From a virus, in IMG/VR virus record IMGVR_UViG_3300030329_003470, positions 64,001-128,000 of that record: a stretch of 64,000 bases of DNA. One strand, 5' to 3'. The position numbers and the translations under genes are program-made. The notes under the pieces were generated by a model that was not told where the DNA came from, ran no database searches, and worked only from the letters and a program-made list of their open reading frames with translations. Below are positions 15,123 through 26,500 of the stretch, in pieces. How positions within the stretch are numbered: position 1 is the first letter of the stretch; each line of letters opens with the position of its first letter.

Positions 15123-17555
15123 ATGGCAGGTGCCATAAAAACAAAAAAAAGATCTTCTAAAGAAAATTCCGCTATTGACAATACTGGTAGCAGTTCTACT
15201 GGTAGCACTAATTCTCATCACATATTCGGGGGCAATAAAAATATTAATAAAGTAACTTCAAATCACACAAAGTTCCATGGAAAAAACCATTACTTTAGTT
15301 CAATGAAAACCTCTACTAGTAGCGGTTTTTTAAAATCAGGAATAGGTGAATCTGAAGAAAAACGAACAACTCAATATGTAACAAATATTTCTGAACCTAA
15401 TATATTGCATCAGTATGCAAGTTACAATCCACTTTTTACTCTTTCTGCTTTATCACAAGCAGACTTACTAGACACAACAACCTTGTTAAATTCTAAACCT
15501 CATGATATTATTATACAAAGTAGCGGTATAGGATCACAAGCAAACCAAAGAGGGTATGGTCCATTAGATGCTCGTCAAGGTCGAGGCGGAGAAACATTAT
15601 CAGGAGATAATAAAAAGTTTGTGGACAAAAACGAAGGATTGTCTAAAACACTTAATAAAGCCAGAAAAGAATTTCAAAAAAATAGAGATTTGTATTTTAG
15701 AAATGTAACAATGAACAGTGTTAATGGTCATAACAGTAAAAGACGATTAACAAATATTACAGATATTAATATGGAAATAATGGAACCGTTTGGCATTTCT
15801 TTAATAGATAGAATCAGAGCGGCCGCGGCTAATAATGATTATTTAGATCACTTAGATGCTCCTTATTTGCTTACAGTAGAATTTACAGGGTGGGATGAAT
15901 TAGGCAAAGTAGTGCAACCGCAATATTCTACAAAACGTGTTATTCCAGTTAAATTAACCGATATGAAAATAGACATTAGTCAAGGAGGTTCTGTTTATTC
16001 AGTAAGAGCAATTCCTTGGTCTGAATTTGCATACGTAAACAGATTTGCTTACCCAAGAACTGCTGGAACATTATCAACAAAAGACAAAAAATTGAATACA
16101 TTGGTAGTAGAGTTACAGAATATTTTAAACAAACAAGGCGAAGATAATGAAAAAGACGGAACAATTTCAATTCCAGACGAGTATCAGATAAGCATAGATA
16201 ACTTTTTTGAACCAGACACAACAGAAATTGAATTAGATTCTTATGTTAAAAGAGAAATGCATCCAACACAAGGTGTTATAGAAACCGAAACAGGCGATCC
16301 TTTAGAATTTTTAAAATTTTCAAAAAATGATCACGTCACAGCAATACTAGATCAGATCATGAAAGGACACCCAAAACAAAGACATAACGACTACGAGAAC
16401 TGGAAACAAAAAGTAACAACAGTATTGGCATCAAGATCAACTAATCAAGCAGTATATGATGCCGCAAAAGAACAAGGATGGTATTATAAAAAATATCAAA
16501 TTAGAAGCACAGTTATACCTACAAACAAATTTGATCCAAAAAGGGCAACCAATGCCAAAATAATAAAGTTTGTTGTTGAACCGTTGATGATTCATGCTTA
16601 TAGCCTTGCTGTACCTGGTGTTAGTACTGGCGATAACTTTAAAAGTTTTGTACACAAAACTTACAATTATATTTTTACAGGCGAAAACGTTGATGTTTTA
16701 GATCTTAATATAAATTATAAAGTTGCATATTTTCAAAGCAGATTATCAGAAGGTGGTGATTCAAAACGAAATAGAGATCAAGTGCAATTAATTGATGTTA
16801 AAACTGCCGGTATTACTGAGTCTCAGGACCACGGTTTAGATCAATCTCTTCTTTTAAAGTCAGAGCCTGGTGAAGGAAAATCAGCAGACAATTTATCAAA
16901 TGATAAAACTACAGAATTAGATAATTTTTTAGATTATTTGGCAAACCCAGAAGCAGATATGGTCACCATAAATTTAGAAATTTTAGGTGATCCAGCATGG
17001 CTAGGACAATCACAATTTATACCTGCAAATCCAGAAATGTTTGCTCCTGGAGTCAGTGAGGACAAAGATATTTCATATTGGAGAGCAGGACTTAATGCTG
17101 TATGGAACAACGAATTAAAATGTTACAATCCAGAACTTGCAGATCCAATAGTATTAATAAATTTTAGAATGCCTACAGACCTTGATGATAAAACAGGAAT
17201 ATACGAACTCCAGTCTGATCAGTCAGCAACTTTTTCTGGACTATATAGAGTATACCAAATAGAACATAGTTTTGATAACGGAATGTACAAAAATATTTTA
17301 AAATTAGTTAGATTTAATAACCAAGGTGTTAAAATATCAACACCAATGAGAGAATACAGATATCTTAACAAAAAAGATGGCACAACACATATAGTACATC
17401 ATAGTGAAATTCCTGAAAACTTTCTTGCAATGGGTGGACAAATTTTTAGTGTACAAGATAAACTAAATTCTCTTTTTGCTAAAGTAAAAAGTTCTTCATT
17501 ATATAAAACAGTTGCTAGAACATCAAAAAGAATAAAGGATTTCTTCAATGTCTAA
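15123..17555 (+). CDS. Baseplate hub protein (gp27-like)
   Basis: 810 aa between the gp53-like and gp5-like genes; C-terminal LEILGDP and FSGLYRVYQIEHSF..G.Y...L.L.R typical of hub proteins. Confidence 0.55.
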   Translation: MAGAIKTKKRSSKENSAIDNTGSSSTGSTNSHHIFGGNKNINKVTSNHTKFHGKNHYFSSMKTSTSSGFLKSGIGESEEKRTTQYVTNISEPNILHQYASYNPLFTLSALSQADLLDTTTLLNSKPHDIIIQSSGIGSQANQRGYGPLDARQGRGGETLSGDNKKFVDKNEGLSKTLNKARKEFQKNRDLYFRNVTMNSVNGHNSKRRLTNITDINMEIMEPFGISLIDRIRAAAANNDYLDHLDAPYLLTVEFTGWDELGKVVQPQYSTKRVIPVKLTDMKIDISQGGSVYSVRAIPWSEFAYVNRFAYPRTAGTLSTKDKKLNTLVVELQNILNKQGEDNEKDGTISIPDEYQISIDNFFEPDTTEIELDSYVKREMHPTQGVIETETGDPLEFLKFSKNDHVTAILDQIMKGHPKQRHNDYENWKQKVTTVLASRSTNQAVYDAAKEQGWYYKKYQIRSTVIPTNKFDPKRATNAKIIKFVVEPLMIHAYSLAVPGVSTGDNFKSFVHKTYNYIFTGENVDVLDLNINYKVAYFQSRLSEGGDSKRNRDQVQLIDVKTAGITESQDHGLDQSLLLKSEPGEGKSADNLSNDKTTELDNFLDYLANPEADMVTINLEILGDPAWLGQSQFIPANPEMFAPGVSEDKDISYWRAGLNAVWNNELKCYNPELADPIVLINFRMPTDLDDKTGIYELQSDQSATFSGLYRVYQIEHSFDNGMYKNILKLVRFNNQGVKISTPMREYRYLNKKDGTTHIVHHSEIPENFLAMGGQIFSVQDKLNSLFAKVKSSSLYKTVARTSKRIKDFFNV

Positions 17556-19566
17556 GTTACATGATCATCTTAAAGGTGATGCATCAACATCAGTACCACC
17601 GGGTGCGGATCAATCATGGTCTAAAGGAAACCCAGGACCATACATAGGCATAGTAAAAGGTAACATTGATCCTGCTAGAATGGGACGGTTAAAAGTTTCA
17701 ATTCCTGAAATTAGTAAAACACAATCACCAAACTTTAATCAATTATACACAGTTGATTATCTTTCTCCTTTTTATGGAGCCAAAGCATCTATATACAATA
17801 AACCACATAGTAGAACCCACGAAGGGTCGCAACACTCGTATGGTTTTTGGGCAATACCACCAGATTTAGAATCAAGAGTTTTAGTTATTTTTGCTGAAGG
17901 AAAATTATCACAAGGATATTGGATAGGATGTATACAAGATCCTTACACAAATCATATGGTGCCTGGTATTGCATCAAGCGAAAAAACAATTGATAAAACC
18001 ACAGGATTAGATGTTAACAATCCAAACGAAATGAAAAATGCCAGTGTTGACAAAATGTCAACTTATGGAACAACCAATGTTCCTGCAGGCGAAGTTAATA
18101 GAGCATCGCCGGGGTATGACAATATTAACCATGATAACTTTCCAAAACCTATACACCCTTTTGCTGAAACTTTAAAAGCACAAGGATTGATTGGTGACAC
18201 TGTAAGAGGCACAACATCTTCTTCAGCAAGAAGAGAAACACCAAGTCAGGTTTTTGGTATCAGTACTCCTGGTAGAAAAAATACAGGTACTACTAAAGAG
18301 AAAGTCGGTGCAAAAGACACCAATCAAACTGACCACGTAGTTAGAGATACTGGACATACTTTTGTTATGGACGATGGAGATGTTAACGGTAACAACCAAT
18401 TAACAAGATTAAGAACAGCATCAGGACACCAAATATTAATGCATGATACATCGGGTGTTGTGTATATTGCAAATGGTTCAGGAAACAGTTGGTTTGAAAT
18501 GAGTAGTGATGGAAAAATTTATGTATATGCTCAAGACGGATTTAATTTTAGGTCAGATGGAAATTTTGATTTACACTCAGGTGGAGATATTAACTTCCAT
18601 GCCAAGCATAGTATAAAATTTACAGCAGAAGTTGACATGGTTAATAATGCTGGATATTTAATGAACATTGGACAAACAGGTATTGCTAATTCTTCTCAAG
18701 GAGGTGCAATAACATCATACGCCAGTGGTAGCATTTCGTCCTACGCAGGTGGTGGACAGATGCACGGTGCCGGCGGTAGAATAGATTTAGCGGCGAGTGG
18801 ACAGATACATTTCAATTCAGTCCCTGCCAGTTCTAGTTGGGGACCAACATGGTTAACACCAGAAGCGTCAGGAATAATAACAGACGAATCAGAAAATGAT
18901 GTAAACCTCACAGTTGGCGTGGGCGGAGTACTAGAAGCAAACACAAAAAAAACAAAAACAACTGTGCCAAATCTTGTAACACATGAACCATTTGCAAGAG
19001 CACCGTCTGGTATATATGAAACAGTATCACAATGGAACGATCCTGTAAAATGGAAAGAATTATCACAAACGCCAGGTACGTTAGAATTTATGGCACAACA
19101 AAATAGAGAAAGTGATGTGGATTACATTAAACAACTACAATTTTTTACAGATCAAAAAAAATATCTTACAGACAAGGGTTTGTTAGAATCAAAAGGTATA
19201 GATATAACCAATCCTAATGAAATGAAAAGTTTAACGAAATTTAATGCTGTTAAATTAAAAGAATTTTCAGATACATTTACTAAAAGTTACAATAACATTT
19301 ACAAAGTAAACAGTGTTGTTGAAAATTTAAAATCAGGAGATATCAAACAAATTTTAACGACTAAAGTTGTAGCAGGCAAGATTACAAGTGTTGCATCAAA
19401 TCTTGCAGGTACAATATTAGGTAGATCATCTGCTAATAACCTACCACCATCATTACGAGGTACAGCGGTAGGAAGAATTACGCAGGTAGCAACTGCATTC
19501 AGACAGAGTGCGGCCGGTGTTTTCAAAAGTATTTCAAGTGCAATAGGCAAGTTTAAATTTTGGTAA
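17548..19566 (+). CDS. gp5: Baseplate central spike (gp5/VgrG-like, OB-fold plus beta-helix; no lysozyme domain seen)
   Basis: GPYIGIVK.N.DP.RMGRLKV, YGFWAIPPD..RVLV.F and RLRTASGHQILMHD motifs. Confidence 0.75.
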   Translation: MSKLHDHLKGDASTSVPPGADQSWSKGNPGPYIGIVKGNIDPARMGRLKVSIPEISKTQSPNFNQLYTVDYLSPFYGAKASIYNKPHSRTHEGSQHSYGFWAIPPDLESRVLVIFAEGKLSQGYWIGCIQDPYTNHMVPGIASSEKTIDKTTGLDVNNPNEMKNASVDKMSTYGTTNVPAGEVNRASPGYDNINHDNFPKPIHPFAETLKAQGLIGDTVRGTTSSSARRETPSQVFGISTPGRKNTGTTKEKVGAKDTNQTDHVVRDTGHTFVMDDGDVNGNNQLTRLRTASGHQILMHDTSGVVYIANGSGNSWFEMSSDGKIYVYAQDGFNFRSDGNFDLHSGGDINFHAKHSIKFTAEVDMVNNAGYLMNIGQTGIANSSQGGAITSYASGSISSYAGGGQMHGAGGRIDLAASGQIHFNSVPASSSWGPTWLTPEASGIITDESENDVNLTVGVGGVLEANTKKTKTTVPNLVTHEPFARAPSGIYETVSQWNDPVKWKELSQTPGTLEFMAQQNRESDVDYIKQLQFFTDQKKYLTDKGLLESKGIDITNPNEMKSLTKFNAVKLKEFSDTFTKSYNNIYKVNSVVENLKSGDIKQILTTKVVAGKITSVASNLAGTILGRSSANNLPPSLRGTAVGRITQVATAFRQSAAGVFKSISSAIGKFKFW

Positions 19567-19575
19567 AATTAAGGA

Positions 19576-19583
19576 TATAAATA
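19576..19583 (+). promoter_or_regulatory. Late promoter TATAAATA
   Basis: Ends 6 nt before ATG 19590. Confidence 0.7.
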
Positions 19584-19589
19584 TTTAAA

Positions 19590-20009
19590 ATGGCATACGG
19601 ATCAGGTTCAGGAACAGGTACAACAGCAGGTAACTCAACAGTTACATTCAAAGGATTTTCATCACGAGCAGATAATCAAAACTTTAAGGTTTATGATTTT
19701 GAGTGTGCCAAACAGGATCTCATAAACCGTTTGTCGGTACGTAAGGGCGAAAGGGTGGAGAATCCTGAATTTGGTACAATAATATATGATTTGTTGTTTG
19801 AACCGTTTACAGAAGCATTAAAAGATGCCATAACGGAAGATATTACAGCAAATTTAAATGCTGATCCACGTATTGGAACAGAGGAAATCACAGTAGTAGA
19901 AGCAGATCACGGTATAGCCATACAGGCAACATTGAAATATATACCGTTAGATATTACAGAGAAATTGGCGTTTAAGTTTGATGAAAATTCTCTAATACGC
20001 CTATCTTAA
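19590..20009 (+). CDS. gp25: Baseplate wedge subunit (T4 gp25-like)
   Basis: KQDLIN.L..RKGERV.NPEFG..I..LLFEP...DPR motif. Confidence 0.88.
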   Translation: MAYGSGSGTGTTAGNSTVTFKGFSSRADNQNFKVYDFECAKQDLINRLSVRKGERVENPEFGTIIYDLLFEPFTEALKDAITEDITANLNADPRIGTEEITVVEADHGIAIQATLKYIPLDITEKLAFKFDENSLIRLS

Positions 20010-20031
20010 TATACGCACTTAATTTAGCACA

Positions 20032-20037
20032 TAAATA
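20032..20037 (+). promoter_or_regulatory. Late promoter core TAAATA
   Basis: Upstream of 20052, with ATACGC 15 nt before it. Confidence 0.6.
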
Positions 20038-20051
20038 TCCATACAAACGAT

Positions 20052-23000
20052 ATGGCTACCACAGAACGACAGAATAGATTATTAGTTGCAGAGGATTGGA
20101 GAAAGATCTATCAGGCTTTCCAACAAGCAGATTTTAAATCTTACGACTTTGAAACGTTACGTAGAACAATGGTGGCGTACATCAGAGAAAATTACCCAGA
20201 TGATTTCAATGATTTTGTAGAAAGTTCAGAGTATATTGCACTTATTGATTTAATTGCTTATATTTCACAAGCACTTTCGTTCAGAATAGATTTGAATGCT
20301 AGAGAAAACTTTTTAGAAACAGCAGAAAGAAGAAATTCAGTTTTAAGATTAGCACGTCTAATAAATTATAACGCAAGTAGAAATAAACCAGCAACAGGTC
20401 TTTTAAAAATTAATTCTGTATCAACAACGCAAGACGTGTATGATTCAACAGGAACTAACATAGCAAACTCAACAGTTATTTGGAATGATTCAGTTAATTC
20501 AAGTTACAGGGAACAATTTATTGCGATACTAAATGCCGCAAACCAATCAGGACAATTATTTGGTAACCCAAGAGAGTCAGGATCTATAGGAGGCATTCCA
20601 ACAGAAATTTATACATTAAGTTCTAATCAATTAGATCTTCCAATATATAATTTTACAAAAAGTGTTGGTGGTATTAGTAGACGTTTTGAAATTATACCTT
20701 CGAGTATAACTGATTCTGAAAGCATATATGAATCAAAACCAATTAATGGAACAGGATTAACTTATTGTTATAGATCAGACGGATCTGGAGATTCATCTAA
20801 CAATACAGGATTTTTCTTTTTATTCAAACAAGGTGCAATGGAAAATGTAGACTTTACTGTTGATTCATCAATTACAAATTATGTTAAAAGTTTTAGTACT
20901 GCAAATGTTAATGATACTGATATTTGGTTGTATAAACTAGATCAATTTGGTCAACCATTTGAAGAATGGAAAAAGGTTCCTTCATTAGCAGGAAACAATG
21001 CCATTTATAATTCTTTAGCAAAATCAGAAAGAAATATCTACAATGTAATTACGAAAGTTGATGATGCAATTGATTTAGTTTTTGGTGACGGTAACTTTGC
21101 TAATATGCCATTAGGAACGTTTAGATTGTATTATAGAGTAAGTGACAATGCCAAATATTCTATTCAACCAGCAGATATGAGAAATGTACAACTTTCAGTT
21201 CCATATACAGATGCTAATGGTAGTCAACAAACTCTTACAATGAGTTTATCATTAAAATCATCAATTTACAATTCTGCGGCAACTGAATCTAATGATTCAA
21301 TAAGAGAAAAAGCACCACAAGTTTACTATTCACAAAATAGAATGGTTACTGCTGAAGATTATCAAGTGGTACCTTTAGGTGCTTCACAAGAAATTATAAA
21401 AGTAAGATCAGTAAACAGAGCGGCTTCTGGGATATCTAGAGCAAAAGAAATTTTAGATCCTACAGGAGCATATTCAAATGTTAATATATTTGCTGAAGAC
21501 GGAATACTATACAGAGAAGAAAAAACAAACACATTTAGTTTTACATTTACAAATAGAAACATAATTGAATCTACTCTTAATAGTTCTGTAGAAGCAAGAT
21601 TAAAAAAAGCATATGCAAGACAATTTTATTATCTAAAATATAGTACAAAGGATGTAAGTTCTTTGTCAGCAACTTGGAATTCTTCAACAACAACTACAAA
21701 CACCAACACTGGTTTCTTTACATCAGGCGGTGCACTTGTAATTGGAGATTTTGCAACATCTAACCTTAAGTATGCAAAACCAGGTGCTTTAATTAAATTT
21801 ACTTCACCAGACACTAGAGAATTTTTAAATGATAGTTTAGTAACAGCAGGTACAGACGACGCAGAAGACAGAGCATGGTCAAAAATTGGAGCAGTTACTG
21901 GTGATGGTGCTAATGGTGGTACAGGAAATTTAGAATCTGGTTTAGGACCAGTAACATTGTCTAATATTATTCCAGATGGTGCATCTGTATCAGCAATAAT
22001 ACCTAACCTAACAACAACATTTTCATCTACTTTAAAAACAGATTTAATTGATAGAGTTGAAGCATATGAAGAATTTGGAATAAGATATGATGTAGATTCT
22101 GAGGAATGGAAAGTTATTACAGCAACAAATTTAAGTACAAGTTCGGTTTTTAGTTTAAGTAACACAGGATCATCAGCAGGTACAAACTTAGATGCAAGTT
22201 GGTGGTTTAAATTTACCAATGATGGTAGTACATACACAGTAACTTATAGATCATTAGATTATATTTTTGAATCAGAAGGACAAAATAAATTTCATTATGA
22301 TTCACAAGAAAAAATTTATGATTATAAAACAGGTCAAAGTGTTAAAGACACAGTAAAAGTTTTAAAAACAAATTCTATTGTTTCTACAGGAAACTCAATT
22401 GGTTATCCAATTAATTGGCAAATTGTAGACACAGTAACAGAAGCAGACGGATATCAAGACAATAGAAAAGTAAAAATTGGGTTCTTTGATAGTGATGACG
22501 ACGGAGTTGTTGATAATCCTGATATTTTTGACATTGTAATAGAGCCAGATACAACTCCTACTACAAAATTTGTTTTCTTTGAAAAATATATTTCATACAA
22601 TAACATAGCAAGATACAAACCATATGCGGCAACAAACTTTGTAGTGTCGTTAAACGAAACAGACATTAATTTAACTACAGGTGGATATTCAGATGGACAG
22701 TTATTTTATTTTTACGACGAAGATGAAGATGTTGTTAAAAAATACAGTTCATCTACTGGTGTTTTAACAACAACAACTGACTATTATGCAAGAAGAGGAA
22801 GAAGTTCACTTTCATTCCAATATAAACATCATGCAGGACAAGAAACTAGAATTGATCCTGCAGTTTCAAATATTGTTGATCTTTATCTATTAGAAAGATC
22901 TTATGATAACCTATATAGAATTTGGTTAAAAGATGGTGGTACCGAACCAACACCAGCAACATCAGACCAATTAAGAATAAGTTATTCTGGTACACTTAAT

Positions 23001-23534
23001 CCATTAAAATCGTTAAGTGATCATGTGGTATATCATCCAGTAAAATATAAAATTTTGTTTGGAACGAATGCCGACGAAGAATTACAATGTACATTTAAAG
23101 TTGTTAAAAATCCAAATACTAATATCACAGATGCAATTATTAAAACAAGAGTAATTGCCGCAGTAAATGAATTTTTTGCATTAGATAATTGGGATTTTGG
23201 AGATAGTTTTTATTTTACAGAATTAGCCGCTTATATACACCAACAACTAGCACCAGATTTATTAACAGTTGTTATTGTACCAAACCAATCAGGACAAAGT
23301 TTTGGGTCTTTGTTTCAATTAGCATCAGCGGCAGACGAAATTTTCATTAGTGGGGCCACCGTTAGTGATGTATCAATTATAACTGCACTAGGTGCCAACC
23401 AATTAGAAGCATCAGGAACAGTTGTAACTTCAACATCAACTACTACAACGAACACAACAACAGGTTCAGCAGTGTCAGGCTCTACTACATCGGGTTCCGG
23501 TTCAGGTACCGGCAGTAGTGGGGCAGGATACTAA
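20052..23534 (+). CDS. gp6: Baseplate wedge subunit (T4 gp6-like)
   Basis: DFETLR..MV.Y..YP.DFNDF.ESSE..ALID..E.FLETA.RR.SV.RLA..INY and ES...IR..AP..Y..QNRMVT..DY. Confidence 0.85.
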   Translation: MATTERQNRLLVAEDWRKIYQAFQQADFKSYDFETLRRTMVAYIRENYPDDFNDFVESSEYIALIDLIAYISQALSFRIDLNARENFLETAERRNSVLRLARLINYNASRNKPATGLLKINSVSTTQDVYDSTGTNIANSTVIWNDSVNSSYREQFIAILNAANQSGQLFGNPRESGSIGGIPTEIYTLSSNQLDLPIYNFTKSVGGISRRFEIIPSSITDSESIYESKPINGTGLTYCYRSDGSGDSSNNTGFFFLFKQGAMENVDFTVDSSITNYVKSFSTANVNDTDIWLYKLDQFGQPFEEWKKVPSLAGNNAIYNSLAKSERNIYNVITKVDDAIDLVFGDGNFANMPLGTFRLYYRVSDNAKYSIQPADMRNVQLSVPYTDANGSQQTLTMSLSLKSSIYNSAATESNDSIREKAPQVYYSQNRMVTAEDYQVVPLGASQEIIKVRSVNRAASGISRAKEILDPTGAYSNVNIFAEDGILYREEKTNTFSFTFTNRNIIESTLNSSVEARLKKAYARQFYYLKYSTKDVSSLSATWNSSTTTTNTNTGFFTSGGALVIGDFATSNLKYAKPGALIKFTSPDTREFLNDSLVTAGTDDAEDRAWSKIGAVTGDGANGGTGNLESGLGPVTLSNIIPDGASVSAIIPNLTTTFSSTLKTDLIDRVEAYEEFGIRYDVDSEEWKVITATNLSTSSVFSLSNTGSSAGTNLDASWWFKFTNDGSTYTVTYRSLDYIFESEGQNKFHYDSQEKIYDYKTGQSVKDTVKVLKTNSIVSTGNSIGYPINWQIVDTVTEADGYQDNRKVKIGFFDSDDDGVVDNPDIFDIVIEPDTTPTTKFVFFEKYISYNNIARYKPYAATNFVVSLNETDINLTTGGYSDGQLFYFYDEDEDVVKKYSSSTGVLTTTTDYYARRGRSSLSFQYKHHAGQETRIDPAVSNIVDLYLLERSYDNLYRIWLKDGGTEPTPATSDQLRISYSGTLNPLKSLSDHVVYHPVKYKILFGTNADEELQCTFKVVKNPNTNITDAIIKTRVIAAVNEFFALDNWDFGDSFYFTELAAYIHQQLAPDLLTVVIVPNQSGQSFGSLFQLASAADEIFISGATVSDVSIITALGANQLEASGTVVTSTSTTTTNTTTGSAVSGSTTSGSGSGTGSSGAGY

Positions 23535-26500
23535 TGGCAGACAACGCAATCAATCCACTAACAAATCAAGAAGTTGTTAAACAAGGTGACAACGAATTAC
23601 GAAGAACTGTTCAACACTTACCTGCGTTTTATAGAACTGATGTAAACCAAAGATTTTTAGGTAGTACGTTAGATCCTTTAGTGCAAAAAGGCTCCTTAGA
23701 AAGGGTCGATGGATTTGTTGGTAGACAAGATGCTTACACAAGAAAATCTACAGATAGATATCTAAGTGCTACTAACAGAGACAGAATGGCTTATCAACTA
23801 GAGCCTGCAGTAACTTACACAACTCAAGACACAACTTCAGTAAATCCAGAAGACCAAGTAAAATTTTCTGGAACATATGATGACTACATTAATCAAATAA
23901 AATACTTTGGTGGAAAAGTTGATAACCACGATAGATTAAACAAAGAAAAAATTTACAGTTGGAATCCAGCAATTGACTACGATAAGTTAATCAATTACAG
24001 AGAATATTATTGGATGCCAACAGGTCCAAATGCAATTGAAATAGATTCAGTTGGAACAGGAGCAGTAGCAGAATACAAAGTTGAAGCACATCCACTTGAT
24101 GGCAGTTCCGCAAGAGCATGGAATTTCCCTCACAGAGAAAATGAAAGAAATCCAATTGTAACTCTTTACAGAGGTAACACATACAAGTTTAATGTAAATG
24201 CAAAAGGGCATCCGTTTTGGATAATGACAGAACCTTTTATGGATGCAGTGGCCGCCGATGGCTCAACTTCTACAGTATATTCAACAGGTGTAACAAATAA
24301 TGGAACAGACAACGGTACAGTAACTTTCACAGTACCAACTGGTGCTCCAGACACTTTATATTATCAGTGCGGAAATCATGATGCAATGAATGGTATATTA
24401 CAAATTTTAACTGTTGATTCTACAAGAAAAATTAATCCTGAAAATGATATAATTGGAGTTAAAAATTATTCATTAAGAACATTAGATCTATCTAATGGTA
24501 TGAAAGTTAAGTTTACTAGTAGTAAAGTAACAACAGCATATCAAAACAAAGAGTATTATGTAGAAGGAGTTGGAGACGCAATAACTTTAACTGATGTTGA
24601 AGATTTAATTACTCCAGGATCATATTCAACCGAAACAACTATTTTATATGATACTGTTGTATACGATTCAAGACCCTACGCAAAAGCATTTTTTAGACCA
24701 GATGATCAAGACTATATTACTATTAAAAGAAACTCAAGAGATCAAAATGCTTGGTCTAGATACAATAGATGGTTTCATAAATCAGTTATTGAAAAAACTG
24801 CAGACATCAACGGACATACTCCTGTATTAGACGAAACAGATAGAGCAAAAAGACCAATTATAGAATTTGATTCAGGACTAGAACTTTATAATCACGGAAC
24901 TGTTGCAAAAAAATCTATCACAGTTTATGATACAGTAACAACAGATGCATTTAGTGATGTGGTTAACACACCAGGTTACATTGTTGACGGAATTACTTTG
25001 TCACAAGGAATGAGAATTATATTTGCCGCAGACACAGATTCGATAGTAAAAAATAAAATTTACACAGTAAATTTTGTTCATGCGTCAGATGATTCAACAA
25101 TTAGTACAGCGGCTAACGATTCAACAGCAGTACTTCAATTTACAGAAGCGGACGACGGTGCACCTGCAGACGGTGAATCAGTATTTGTAGAATTTGGAAC
25201 AAAGAACCAAGGAAAAACTTTTCACTATGTTGAAGCAGAAGAAACATGGAAAGAAGCACAACAAAAAACAAAAGTTAATGAGCAACCGTTGTTTGCGATG
25301 TATGACAACGATGAAGTTGCTTTTGATAATGCAACAACGTATCCAAACTCAACTTTTGAAGGAGCAAAAGTTTTTGAATTTGCAACATCAGACTCAGCAA
25401 CAACAGACACAGTATTAGGAATTAAAGTAAAATATGATACAATTAATAACGTTGGAGATATTGTATTTGAATCAGATCATACTTCAGGATCATTTACATA
25501 TAAATCCGACACAACAACTGTAACAAAAAAATTAGCAGAAGGACATTTACACTATACAACAGGTATTACAACACACAACAATAAAAGTGCTTGGATTGAA
25601 AGAACAAACGAAAGCAAACAAAGAGTTCTTAGAACTTTTATAGTTGATGACACAGAAAAACAATATTTTCAAATAGATTTTTATAAAGATTCTGTAGATT
25701 TAACAGATTTAGAAATTTCTGTATCAGTAAATGGTATAAGAAAAACTATTACAACAGACTATACGTTAGTTGATGGTAGTACAAACAAGTATGTAAAATT
25801 TGTAGAAGAATTATCAGTAGATGATCAAGTTAAAATTTCTGGATATAGTTCTGCAAGTAAAGTTTCTGACAAAGGAATTTACGAAACGCCAGATAATTTA
25901 TCAATAAACAGCAAAAATAAACAACTAGGTACTTTTACATGGGGTCAAATATTACTTCATGTTAAAGATATATTTGAAAAAAATGAAGACGTTACAGGAG
26001 CCATACCTGGTACATCAAATTTAAGAGATAAACAACCTGATGCAAAATTAAATGGCGGAACAATAAAACAACATTTAGGATCGTTATTGCCAGCAGTATT
26101 TGGATTGATTGACCAAGAAGCAAATGTTGTATCAGCAATTGATTATTGTAATTTAGAATATGAAAAATGGTACAGTTCATTCTTAACGTATGCAGTTGGT
26201 ACAGCATACGAAGGTGTAGCGGCAGACAGAGTAGATGAAATTATTGCGGCAATTAGTCAAGGTAAAAATAGTTCATTTGCATTTTACTATGACGACATGG
26301 TAGGCTATGGTGAAAATGTGTCTACAAGAACTTACACAGTGCAAGGATCTTCACAAACAGAATACGCACTTGATTCGCAACACAGTATAACAACTACGAG
26401 TAGTAGAGCGGTGTATGTGTATCTAAATGATGTGCAGTTAATCTTAGGTACAGACTATACCTTTAGTACAACTGACGATACAGTTAATATCTCAGCCACA

